Positions 1 to 20,076 of a DNA stretch of 64,000 nucleotides are shown in pieces. This stretch comes from Amoebidium appalachense (Eukaryota; Protista; Ichthyosporea). Under the pieces are notes generated by a model. It saw only the letters and a program-made list of their open reading frames with translations, was not told the origin of the DNA and ran no database searches. The stretch is taken from assembly GCA_963693365.1 (NCBI GenBank), contig CAVNZM010000002.1, positions 12,146,328 to 12,210,327 of the forward strand, written 5' to 3'. Position numbers and translations under genes: made by a program. Positions within the stretch are counted from its first letter, which is position 1. Every line of letters starts with the position of its first letter.

Positions 1-23
1 GGGGGGGGGGGGGCGAGAAAGAC

Positions 24-105
<82 letters not shown>

Positions 106-338
106 AGGGAGGGAGAGAGGGAAAGAGGGGGGGGGGGGGGGGGGGAGAGTGAGAGAGTGAGAGAGCGAGAGAGAGAGAGAAGAGAGAGAGACTCTCGGGA
201 TGAGAGAGATGGTGGGGAGAGGGGTTCCGTGAGAGAGGTAGAGAAAGAGAGAAGTTGGGGGGGGGGGGAGGGGGGGAGGTAGGGAGGAAGGGAGAAAGGG
301 AGGGAGCGAGGGAGGGAGGGGCAGGAGATACATAACAG

Positions 339-376
<38 letters not shown>

Positions 377-394
377 GAGGAGGGGGGAGGGGAT

Positions 395-425
<31 letters not shown>

Positions 426-436
426 AAAAACACAAC

Positions 437-7100
<6,664 letters not shown>

Positions 7101-8763
7101 CTTTCTTGGTAGCCCCCTGATAATCCTCCTCACACCGTTATAATCGAGCGTTTTGGAGCAAAACATGCATCACGATGCACTAGGGAGATCTGGAACTAGT
7201 GGGGCATAAGGAGGAGGAGGAGGGGTAGGGTCGCGTGAGAGTGAGGGTGGTTGGGGGAGGGGGCGGGGAGGGGGGGGGGGGGGGGGGGGGGGGGAAGGGG
7301 AGGGGGGGAGGGGGGAGGGGCAGTGAGGGGGTGAAGAAAAATGTATCAATGAGTTTGATTGCTTTATATTTAGAAAGGAGGTTTCCTTTTCCCTTCAGAT
7401 AGGATCCGGTGTACTAATATTAGATCTGGAGTCATCAAACTTGCACAACCTCGAACTAGAGAATCAGCGTGCCGCCAAGAGAATGTGCTGCCTATCTGAT
7501 GTGTGTCCAAACGGGATGCTTGAGGAGTAGAAAGGACCGCCACCTGTCGCACAGAATTTTGGTTCAGCTGCTGATGTGATGTGGTCTTTGTTTTGATAGA
7601 AAACAAACCTAAATCCGTTAATTAAGGAATACACGGGGAGCAGAACGAAGGAAAAACGGTCCTCCTAAGGAACAGACCGCCATTTACACAGACAGAGAAA
7701 TTAGTGTAAAATGAATGTAACAAGTTTACAAAGGTCATATCATCGGACATGATGGTCATACACAAGTTTTCGTCAGAGCCTTTTTTTCGTTTTTCGCTGT
7801 GTGTTTGTCCCGTACGCTTGAACAGCCTTTTCACGTCCGGTATTCCGGGAAATGGGGTTTACGGATCTGTATTTTTTTTTATAATGACTTTATTGATGTT
7901 CTCGTCAAAATAGAGGCAATCCGAGATATCACAGATATCTCAGCGAAGAAGATACAAAAAAAGAAAAAGAAAAAAGAAGAAAAAAAACCTTACTTGTATT
8001 TCTAAATAGTCCCTTTATTTCAAGATTATGGCCAAATGAAAGTCTAGAATAAGTATATTTGAAACCTAAAAATACAGAAATAGAAGAAATTACAGAACAG
8101 GGGTGCTCAACCGAGTGAGCCGCTGTTGTGTCATCGTCAGACGACTTTTTGTTACTCCTACTGCGCTTGCGCGAAAGAAGAATTCGAGCCACTTGACTTT
8201 TTCATTGTTTCTCAGGCTAGGGGAGTTTCAATTCCCATGTCTCAGGCTTTTCCCTTTTCTGTTTCAAGACAGTACAAGGAGGGGTTTGTTTTGTACTGTA
8301 TATCAGCTTGTTTGTATAGTTTGTACAGATGGTAGTTGAAGGTGTGGTAGGTTCACTGATGACTTTGAGGTAACTTCGACTCAAAACGGCCCAGTGGCTT
8401 TGTTAGCGGAAAAAGGCTGTATATACAACAAAGTTTGCTAGTTTTTGCAGTCCCATGTTTGCTATAAGACAAATTATTTAACTGAGCCTACGTGGGAGGA
8501 GGAAGGAAAGGACTTTTTTGCCACTTGAGTTCTGGACTTGCCGAGGCGGAGGAGGAGGCAAAGGGAGGCTGAGACCTCCGTGTTATGGTGGAAAGCGGGG
8601 ACGAACATGATCCATTGAGGTATGTGATCTTTCTTCAGCGCAATGGCTTTTACACCTACTTTTTATTCACATTCAGAGCTGTCTGCCCCCAAATACGCTT
8701 TCAGTCATCGTCCTTTTTTGTCGCCTGGGCGTTTGTAGAGTATTTTTTTGCGACTTTGCTGCC

Positions 8764-8843
<80 letters not shown>

Positions 8844-8992
8844 ACACCACCACCACCACCACCAAAAAAAAAAAAAAAAACTTCCCCGCGCAGGGTGCCT
8901 CCATCCTTCTAAAAGTCATGACCACCCATAAAACTGTCCAACCATTGTCTCCCACCCACTGTCCAGGCCAGCAAATTTGTTCAACAATAGCC

Positions 8993-9553
8993 ATGGCGAC
9001 TGTAGAGAAGAGGTCAGTGCATGTGCTGCGCCAGAACCCAACATACGAGAGGGAAGATGCGTCCATTGCACAGACCTTCTCATGGGGCCTCAAGCACTCG
9101 GTATCCTCCTCCCCCCCCCCCCCCCTCTCCCTCCCCCCTCCCTTCCCCCCCCTTCTCCCCTCCCCCCCCCCCCCCCCCTCTCCCCCCCCCCCCCCCCCCC
9201 TCCCCGCCACCGCCACCGCCGCCACACTCGTGTTGCATTCTCCCTGATCACGTATTTGCATATCCATGTGTTTATTACGGCGTGGATCCTTGCTCCTGTC
9301 ATGCAACTTAACTTTGCACTTTTGACTGCATGCCACTTCTCACACCCGTTTTTCATTCAAGCCGCAGCCCGCCCCACCCTTCCCTGCCTCCCCCCCCTCC
9401 CCCCCCTCCCCTCCCCCCCCCCCCCCCCCCCCCCCCCCCGCGCACACACACACACCACCACCACCGCGGCGGGGGCAAACAACCGTTTCTTTCAACTCGG
9501 CACTGAGTTTGCTTCCACTCTCTCCGAGGGTTTTCTTTTCCCCTGCGCCTGCC

Positions 9554-9594
<41 letters not shown>

Positions 9595-11076
9595 AAAACC
9601 ACCACCACTCCTTCCCGCCTTCGCCCAATCCCACCTGTCTTTCCCTTGCCAATTCTCTGCCTGTGTCTGCCCCTCCGTTGCCCCTGTCCTATAGCCAAAG
9701 CCCCCGCTGTGCTCCTTCCTGCGTTCGTACCCTTGCCCCCCCCCCCCCCCCCCTCCCCCAGCGGTTTCTCCCCCCCCCCCCCCCCCCCCTCCGAGCTCCC
9801 CTACCCACGCCTTACCTCATGAGGTAGGGAGTATTTTTGGAATTCGGCTTATGCTGTGGTTGCCTGTTTGGGTCTCTTCGATTTGTTTTTCCGTTTGCTT
9901 TGTCCACAAACGAGGCAGGCAGACGATAACAGAGGAGAGGGGAGTGGGGTGCTGTGAAATAATGTTGATAAGAGGGGGGGGGGGGGGGGGGGGTGTCGTC
10001 ATTGCTTTTACATTGTCCACAAACGAGGCGGGCAGGGGGAGGGAGGGGAGGGGGGAGAGAAAGAGAGAGAGTGTGTCTGTGTGTGTGTGTGAGTGGGTGA
10101 GGGAAAGAGTGTGAGTGTGTCTGAGAGACACTGGAAAAGTAATATTGACCATGGGACGGTGGTTTTTTCAGGTGCTCGAATTCTCGCACACGGACATACC
10201 CAAGATCATGATCCCGGACCAGTACAAGGCGTACTACAAGGTCACGGCAGAAAACCACCTGTGCAGAGGGTACGTGGGCATGGGGCCATCGTGGTGGTTG
10301 GTTGATGGCGTTGGAAAGTGTGTGAGTGGGTGTGTGTGTGTTTGGGGGGGGGGGGGGGGGAGGGAGGAAGGGAGGGGAGGGGGGTTTACGGTGGAAGGGG
10401 AAAGGGGTTGGGGGTGGGTGGGGGGGGGGGGGGGGGGGGAGGGGAGCGGATCAGACAGTGAGGAGTAGGGAGAGTGAGCAGGAGGGCCTTGTGTGGGTGG
10501 GTGGGCGGGGGCGGGGGTTCAAGGACGGTTGCGTACGGTTGGTGGGTTGGAGGAGTGCAAATCGATCAATGTGACGGATTGAGATGTGTTGATGGTTGCG
10601 AGTGGGGGCATGGGTTTGAATGAGCATGGCTGGACAGTGGGGTGGGAAGGAAATACTTCAGCCTGTCCTTCTGTTTCCGTATTCACCTTTTTTAGTTAAG
10701 GCATACATCCCCCCCCCCCCCCTCCCCCCCCTCCCCCCCTCCCCTCCCCCCCCCCCCCCCCCCCCATCCGCCCTCAACCTACCATCCCTTTTCCGTAGAG
10801 ACGTGAGTTTCCCCTTTCATCCGGAGGGAGAATATTCGGGGTCCTTCTGAGGTCCAGCCCCACGGGAAAGGTTAGGGTAACCTCTGGCTGTTTTGTTGGT
10901 TCGTATCGATCGACACAGTGTTAGATGTGGTGTAGCTGTGTGGGCAATGCAGTCTTTAATACTTTTGGGGTGCTCAGGAACACAAAGTATTCCTTTAAGG
11001 AATTTTGCCCGGTGGTCTTTCGGGACCTAAGGAACAGGTTTCAAATAGTCGATGACGAGTATGTGGTGAGTCTGAG

Positions 11077-11108
<32 letters not shown>

Positions 11109-11379
11109 TTTTCTTTCTTTCTTTCTTTCTTTTTTTTTTTTGTGTGTGTGTGGGGGGGGGGGGGGGGGGGGGGGGAGAGGGGGGAGAGCGGAGGGGTTAC
11201 GTGTGGACGTGTGTGTGTACCCAACATACCCAACATACCCAACAGGGTACGTGTGGACACATCATCATCACACACAAACATGGGAACATACACATACATG
11301 CACGTGGCACGGGCATGTCAACCCACACACGTACATGGATACAAGACAGGCACATGCAGCAGGTGCCGATGGTGCACAC

Positions 11380-11411
<32 letters not shown>

Positions 11412-11430
11412 GTCACCCATTCACACACAC

Positions 11431-11462
<32 letters not shown>

Positions 11463-11533
11463 GTCACCCATTCACACACACACACACACACGCACACACA
11501 CACACACGCACACGCACACACACGCGCGCGCAG

Positions 11534-11587
<54 letters not shown>

Positions 11588-12730
11588 ACCACAACCCCCC
11601 CACCCCCCAACCCTGGGGATGGGCTGTGCTTATTATGCATACTTTTTGTGTCGTTTCCACTTTGCACTATGTTATCCTCTGTGAGTGTGTACTTCGTACT
11701 TAATGGTGCATTCAACCCCCCTCCCCTTCACCACACAAACACACACACACACACACACACACAGAACTCTCTCCGTCCGCAATCCGTTGAGCAAATAGAC
11801 GGGCAGGATGTGGGGTGGGGGGTAGGGACCGTCTTCTATCGCAGCAATGACCGAAGGTTTCTTGTCAAGACGATAGACAAGGAGGAGGCAAAGATATTCA
11901 AAAAGGTCTTTTGGAACGGTTACAGAGATGTATGTGCAATTACTCCTCCTCCTCGTCCCCCCTATTTATATTTTTCTTGCTTCTGCTTACTGCTGCAACT
12001 TTAACCCCCGGCCTTTCCCACTGCCCTTGCCTGCATAAGCAACCCTGCTCGTCTCTGATCAAGACGGGTGACCTACTCATGTTCAAGTGAAACAGTATCT
12101 GAGTTGGGTTTCGTTAACGAGGGGAATAGGTCGAAACTCGGGTACTGTGGATGACGTGGGCCCCCCCTGAGGATGGGCTCTGCTTATTATGCATACTCTT
12201 TATGTATGGCTTGCATTCTGCATCGTGTTATCCGTTTGTTCTTGTGTACTTCGTGCTTTTTGACGCATTCAAAACCCCCCCCCCCCCCCCCCCCCCCCTC
12301 CGTGCTGGAGATTCTTGGGAGCTGGCCCTTACTATCGGGTGTGCTTTGCTGTTTCCCCTGTGGATAGTTCTACCTCGTGCCGGTTAACTTGAATCCTCCC
12401 CTCCACCCCCCCCCCCCCCCCCCCCCTCCCCCCCTCTCTCCCCTTTCCCCCCCATTTTCATTTAGTGGTTTGCGATTTTTTCAATGTGTGGTCTGTCGCG
12501 AATGCGTACTTCGTGCTGTGTAATGTGTTCTACCCTCCTCCTCCCCCCTCCCCACACATACACACGCAGGGCAAAAAAAAAAAAAAAAAAAAAAAAAAAA
12601 CCCACACATTCACACATAAGCGACACACGTGTCGGCTCCCTATCCGCCCGCGTTCTCTCCCCCCCCCCCCCCCCCCCTCTCCCCCCCTCCCTCTTCAATT
12701 GCACATCCACACGTGCGCACATACAAACAT

Positions 12731-12777
<47 letters not shown>

Positions 12778-12835
12778 CACGCAGATACACACATAGACAC
12801 ACATCTGCGCACGCACACACACACGCGCGCGTACA

Positions 12836-12878
<43 letters not shown>

Positions 12879-12895
12879 ACACACACACACACGCA

Positions 12896-12957
<62 letters not shown>

Positions 12958-13810
12958 AGCGCGCACCACGCACGCACGCACGCACACACATTACACACAC
13001 ACACATCAACCCCCCCCCCCCCCTCCCCCCTCCCCCCCCCCCCCCCCCCCTTCCCATTCCAAAACACACACACACTCGCCCTTCACCTCACTCCGGTCTC
13101 TTCTGTTCTGCCCGTCCCCACCCACCCACACACTCACCTACACGTAACAGCATATGGTGGAATTCGATCAAGAAACGTTGATGCCAAAGTACACGGGCAT
13201 CTACAAAGTTGCTTAGTAAGATTCCTGTTCCTTTCGGCTTCTTGTGTTTTTTTCCCTCCTCTCTCGCTCCTTTGCTTCATGCGTGCGCATGTGTGTGTGT
13301 GTTCCTGTCGCACATTCCCGTGTGTGTCTGGCGCGCGATTGCAAGAGAGAGAGGGGGGGGGAGAGGGGAGAGAGGAGAGAGGGTGTGTGTGTGTGCGCGC
13401 GCGCGCATGCACGTCCATTTGCGAGTGTGTGTGTGTATGTGTGTGTGTGTGGGGGGGGGGGGGGGGGGGGGGAGGGGGGGGGAGGAAAGGTGGGTGCGTG
13501 TCCTTGCTACCGTGAGTCGGTGCAACTGCACACACGTTTTTGTGTCTTCCATCAACCGTACACACACGCGCAAGTATGTGTGCTTCTGCTTGCCAACTGA
13601 ACTGATAAGATGCTTGTCTGTGTTATGTTTGTACTTGACAGGGGCTCGTCTACTCGTTGTTTTTGAATTTGTTTTTGGTGTGTGGGCATGCGTGTATGTG
13701 TTCACATGTACATGCATGTATAGATGGTGGTATGTTTTGTGTCTTATGGCAGTTCTTGGCACAAGCGTTGTCGTTTTTATACGAGTGTGTAGTGAGAACC
13801 CCCCACCCTG

Positions 13811-13844
<34 letters not shown>

Positions 13845-14410
13845 GCTTTTCTTTTTACCGTCACACAGTCGAGAGTTTCCGAGTCGTTGTACGATCGACA
13901 CTTTGGACATCTGTTGTGGAATCCCACGATGTTTTAACATTTGTCCAACAACCAGAAAAAAAAGGGAATAGGGAGTTTATACCTTTTGCTCCATTTTTAC
14001 TTGGAGCTGCTCTCCATCATATGATTATCCGTATGGTGACCATTGCCTCAAGTTGTGACCAACGAATTTTTTTTTAAACTCATTTTTGCATTTGGATGTG
14101 TAGCTTCCAAGCTCACTTTTGCATTTTCACACCTCGATATCTTCCAAGTTCACTTTCCCATCTAAATCCATGTTACCGACAAACATAATAACATCTTTGT
14201 GTGCAGCCAAGGAAAACCGGCCGTGTATCTTTTGTGCAGGGTTTTGGGCGCAGCTAAAATGGAACCTACAGAACGATACGTGCTAAAGGTGAGTGGCCAC
14301 AATCTGTGTATTTCAGTTTGGAGGTAGAGGTTATTGGTGTTTGGTGCGTCGTGGCATGGGTGGTTGGAAGAAGGGGAAAACTGGGTGAAATTGGGTGTCA
14401 CCTCCCCCCC

Positions 14411-14457
<47 letters not shown>

Positions 14458-15025
14458 AAAAAAAAAAAATCCACCGACCCACCCACCGACCGACCCACCC
14501 AAGAAAAAAGAAGAACAAAAGAACAAAAAGAAAGAAAGGAAAGGAAAGGAAAAGGAAAGGAAACACAGGCCCATGCACAGATGCACACAGACACACACAC
14601 AAGCTGGCTTGGGTGCTCTACTTTCTGTGTACATGTCCCTTGTGTTCGTTTTGAATTCCATGGTAGGAATTGTGTCCATTCACTCACTCCCCCCACCCCC
14701 CTCATCCCATCTCTTTCCCCCTTGCTCCCCCCCCTCCCCCCTCCCCCCCCCCCTCTCTCCCCCTACTTCTTTACCCTGTCATTTGGTTGTTTCCGTTTTT
14801 TGTGGGTATGCAGCCCATGGGTATGGCGAGTGGTCGGGAGATTGAAGGGGTGGAGCCGACGGAGGACAACAGTGCACCTCCACAGCATCGGTTCCACATA
14901 AGTGACGAGGCTAAGGTTAAATTTCTAAAGGTACGTGTTTGTGGGTTTGTGTGTGTTGTCAGGGGGGGGGGGGGGGGGGGGGCTTGTTTTTTTTTGGGGG
15001 GGTGGGTGGGTGGGTGGGTGAGTGG

Positions 15026-15093
<68 letters not shown>

Positions 15094-16178
15094 GCGTGTG
15101 CGTGTGCGTGTGCGTGTGCGGCTGCGCATTCATGCGCTTGTTTGATAATGTGCGTGCTTGTTCGATAATGTGCGTGCGTGTGGATGTTTGTGTGTAGTGT
15201 GTATGTTCAAAGTGTGCTCTCCCATGCGCCCATCCATACACCTTTATTTCCACCTTAACTGCCCTTTACCCTGTGCTGTTTGCGCATCACACACGACCTC
15301 TATTTCAGAGCACCCCAGCCCTTTCCTGGATCCTTCCTTTCTGCGTGTGTTGCATGTGGATCCATACCTCTATTTTCTCTATCGTCTAACAGATCCTCCG
15401 ACGCTTTGTTGTTGCTCTTTGTTGTATCCTCCATATTTCCAACCCTCTAACGCATACATCACCCCCCTTTCCCCCCCCCCTCCCCCCTCCCCCCCTGCTG
15501 CTCCTTCCCCACACCCAACACGCACACGTACACATACACTCGAGCAGAGACAAAATACAACATGCACGCGTGCGTGCTCTCGTACACACACACACACACA
15601 CGTACACACTACGCACACAAACACCACTTACACACACACACACAGACAGTCCCAACCCCCCCCCCCCCCCCCCCCCCCCCTCCCCCCCACACACACACAG
15701 ATGCTGCACAATGACGTAGAGTTTGTACGGGGGGCCAAGCTTCTGACATGCTCCCTTCTGGTTAAAGTCTACTCCGGTCGGATTGACCCACCAGACTACA
15801 ACGGTGCCTGGTTCGTTCACTCGGTGTCAAAAGGTGAGTGCCCCCCCCCCCCCCCCATATTTTTCTTATTTTTCTTATTTTTCTTGCTTCTGCTTACTGC
15901 TGCAACTTTAACCCCCGGCCTTTCCCACTGCCCTTGCCTGCATAAGCAACCCTGCTCGTCTCTGATCAAGACGGGTGACCTACTCATGTTCAAGTGAAAC
16001 AGTATCTGAGTTGGGTTTCGTTAACGAGGGGAATAGGTCGAAACTCGGGTACTGTGGATGACGTGGGCCCCCCCTGAGGATGGGCTCTGCTTATTATGCA
16101 TACTCTTTATGTATGGCTTGCATTCTGCATCGTGTTATCCGTTTGTTCTTGTGTACTTCGTACTTTTTGACGCATTCA

Positions 16179-16219
<41 letters not shown>

Positions 16220-16481
16220 AAAAAAAAAAAAAAAAAAAAAGGGGGAGGGGGGGGGGGGGGGGAACACCCCACACACAAAGAGTAGGGAGAGGGGGGGGGA
16301 GGCAACAAGGGATGTAAAGTTTGAGAGGTTAGGTACGAACACGGAGAGGACAACACCAAAATTACAGATAGATAAGGGCAAGGGAAGCACATCAGCACAA
16401 GCCTTGGTGTGGACAAGGAAGCGGAAAACACGAGAAAAATAATGAAGGAAGGGTAGCCAGAAAAACTGCAAATGCTTACAC

Positions 16482-16522
<41 letters not shown>

Positions 16523-16629
16523 TTCCTCTCCTCCTCCCCCCCGATTCCCCTCTCTCCGGGTCTGCAACACATAAACACATCCAACGGTGCACCCACAAAC
16601 CCATTAACCAACCCTTACATGCGCGCGCC

Positions 16630-16674
<45 letters not shown>

Positions 16675-17280
16675 TCACCTCTCACCTTACCCAAACTGCA
16701 AACACTCCCCACACACACAACACACTACAACAGACGAAACCTATGCTTTCATACTTCTTCCATTCGGTATCACGGGTTCTGGACTTCTAAGCCGCAAGGA
16801 TTCGGGCCCGAAGTTTCTTATAAGACGCGAGTCTGCAACAAGCAAAGTGGAGAAGGAGAGGAGAGAGGAGGAGGAAAAGAGAAGGAAGGAGGAAAAGAGG
16901 AGAGAGAAAGCGGCACGGTCATCAGAGGGGTTGAAAGTGAGAGGAGAGAACAAGGGAGAGGTACGTGGGGTGCATGTTTGAATGTATGATGTTTTCTTTT
17001 TCTTCTTCTTTTTCTTCTTCTTTTTTTTTTGGGGGGGGGGGTTTAGAAGGGCCGGCTTGGTGTTTCTCTCCTGTTTCCCGTTCCACTTGGCTTGATTTGG
17101 GGAGCGTGTGAGAGGGTAGGAAGAGGGTGGGTTGAGAGTGTGTATGTCAGTTATTTGTGATGTAGTCCATGGGGAGATGGGGGGAGGGGGGAGGGGGGAG
17201 GGGGGGAGGGGGGCTATAAGTGGATCTCCCTCCGCCCTCTTTCCCCCCGTCCCTCCCCTCCTCTCTCTTTCTCCCCCTCT

Positions 17281-17314
<34 letters not shown>

Positions 17315-17659
17315 TCCCCCTCCTGCCCCTCTCTCCGTTGCCCGATGTCTTTATACGGGCTGTCGACGTGTGTGCATGTCTGTTTTTCTGAGCCTGTCTA
17401 TTTGTGTCCGCAATGTGCGCCTACCGCTTTTGTGCCCACGAGATTGATTTGTCGAAACTGACTTTATTTGTGTCGGCTGACTGTTTGAGCGTTTTTAGGT
17501 GTTGCCATGCAGGAGTTACAAAACTTTCAACCTCAAGAGGTTTCGATCGTGTTTAGGCGCCTGTGAGTAAATGTAGGTGCAGGCGGGCACAGGGCTGTTT
17601 ATCTTGGTTCCCTCGTTTATGCGCACACTAACATCTAAAATGGTATGCCGTGCGCAAGT

Positions 17660-17748
<89 letters not shown>

Positions 17749-17822
17749 GCCCCTCGTCTAGCAGCACTGACGGTCTGAGTGAGGATCCATTCATCACCTA
17801 CGTGAAGACTCTCTTGGCCTAA
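8993..17822 (+). CDS. PIP4K2: Phosphatidylinositol-5-phosphate 4-kinase (type II PIPK)-like protein, ~385 aa, probable pseudokinase
   Basis: Ten phase-consistent exons: 8993-9100, 10172-10269, 10978-11065, 11765-11929, 13151-13215, 14207-14288, 14814-14930, 15701-15833, 16734-16960, 17748-17822 (TAA). Motifs [25 protein letters not shown]...[28 protein letters not shown] and DVEF...KL..SLLV align with PIP4K2 as recalled. The start codon is uncertain. Confidence 0.88.
11611..11715 (+). repeat. 5'-truncated copy (3' module) of the structured-RNA repeat family
   Basis: CCCTGGGGATGGGCTGTGCTTATTATGCATAC...TACTTCGTAC...GCATTCAACCCCC matches the 3' half of copy A. Confidence 0.75.
11968..12274 (+). 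mobile_element. Structured-RNA repeat family (K-turn/pseudoknot), subfamily A copy 1, intronic in the PIP4K2-like gene
   Basis: Near-identical to 15857-16180 and to the reverse complement of 38994-39302. Flanked by C-tracts. Fold core 12032-12193. Confidence 0.85.
12032..12193 (+). ncRNA. Putative structured RNA / candidate self-cleaving ribozyme with kink-turn and double pseudoknot
   Basis: Closing stem TAAGCA/TGCTTA. Hairpin CTCGTCT/AGACGGG. GACCTA (12070-75) pairs with TAGGTC (12127-32). K-turn TCA-AGT-GA-A / G-GA-TGA. 12-bp stem ACAGTATCTGAG/CTCGGGTACTGT. The pairings covary in subfamilies B (40099-40341, 5'-truncated) and C (51597-51896). Function is inferred. Confidence 0.6.
15400..15465 (+). 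repeat. 3' fragment of subfamily C of the repeat family
   Basis: GCTTTGTTGTTGCTCTTTGTTGTATCCTCCATATTTCCAACCCTCTAACGCATACATCACCCC closely matches the reverse complement of ~51597-51655. Confidence 0.7.
15857..16180 (+). mobile_element. Structured-RNA repeat family, subfamily A copy 2, intronic in the PIP4K2-like gene
   Basis: Virtually identical to 11968-12274. Embedded between two poly-C runs, just after the splice donor at 15834. Confidence 0.85.
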
Positions 17823-17959
17823 ACCCGTCCCTGTACGTGTGTGCAGGCATGCCATTCGTGACACGTGTGTGTGCACAGTAGCGTGTGGGACTTTGCATGC
17901 ACGTGCGCCTTCGTGTTCTTGTGTGTGTGCCCTCGTATGCACCTATATGTGCCTACTGT

Positions 17960-18033
<74 letters not shown>

Positions 18034-18091
18034 CGTGCGTGCGTGCGTGCGTGCGTACGTGCGTGCGTGCGTGCGTGCGTGTGTGCGTGTG

Positions 18092-18123
<32 letters not shown>

Positions 18124-18216
18124 TGTGCATGTACTTGTGTGTTTGGGTGCCGTGTGTATGTGTCCTGAAATATTGGTAGCCTATATATGGCCCGTCCTCA
18201 CTAAACAACCCCCCAC

Positions 18217-18263
<47 letters not shown>

Positions 18264-18800
18264 TTCCTGGGCTATCCTAAAAGATTTTCCATGACGTCTT
18301 CCTAGGTGTCCGACATAGGCAGGCACTTTTCAAATAGATTCATTCTTAGCCTGCTGCAGCAACATTGCAGGTGATGGTGATGGTGGCACCGTGCTGGAGA
18401 TTGTCTATAAAATCCATGTAATCTGCTTGCCTCTGATCCATATTAGGCGAAATGTTCTGAATTTGATCAAACTTATATTTAGCTTAGGCCCTTGCAACAC
18501 CGTGCTCCGTGGGCTTTCACTGCTTGATGCTTGCAGTCTTTTATTACAATGAATTTCGACTGTGTGTCACAGAGTGTGGTTAGGTTTTGATACTTCATAG
18601 TGGCTGTGGTAGCCTGAAAGTTTAATAAATATGGAATGTATGGTTATAATAATTTTCTACCAAGTTAAACGGCGCCAGAGCGGAATCCGCATTGCGCTGT
18701 CCATCATGAAAGTGTACTTCATGCTCCATATCACTTTCTACTCCTTAAGCTTCTACCCACTATGACACACACACACGCACGCACTTACGTACCCACACGA

Positions 18801-18848
<48 letters not shown>

Positions 18849-19297
18849 ACTCATACACACTCACTCGCTCACACATTGTGGCACACGCACAACACAAACT
18901 TTAAATAAGCCCTTGCTACCCTTTCCACACAAATTCTTCCCGCTCTTCCCCCCAACTTCCTTCGTACATGTGCAGTGTTCTTGCCGAGCACACAGTCTGA
19001 CATGCACGCGTGCACCCGTACACACACACAGCAATACCGCGCACACACCTGTACACACACACGCATACATGCATCATGCCATATGACATGGTGTCATACA
19101 CGCACACACACTGTCAGTCGCTTCATAGAAGCACGCCGCCACATACAGTGACAGTCACCGTGTCATCAAACTACGAATCCAATTGAGGAGAAAGCACGAT
19201 ATATGAAACACAAAGTTAAACGCTAATTAATAGAGCGAAACACACACACACAGACACACACACACACACACACATGCACACATACACACGCAAACAC

Positions 19298-20076
<779 letters not shown>

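Noticed and set aside
7370-8340. Possible decayed TE or gene between the divergent phosphatase and PIP4K2-like genes
   Set aside because: Only short ORFs with no recognisable motif were found.
8585-8619. Upstream ATG exon (MVESGDEHDPL) for the PIP4K2-like gene
   Set aside because: Its donor phase does not match the acceptors at 8893 or 8966. It is more likely 5' UTR or a uORF.
10799-10802. Possible 4-nt micro-exon (tag|AGAC|gtgagt) in the PIP4K2-like gene
   Set aside because: It would break the frame, and the flanking exons already join in phase.
12032-12193. Identification of the structured repeat as a TPP or SAM riboswitch, HDV-like ribozyme, hairpin ribozyme or box C/D snoRNA
   Set aside because: CUGAGA, K-turn and pseudoknot features overlap individually, but helix order and conserved junction residues do not fit those consensus models. 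There are no terminal C/D boxes with guide regions.
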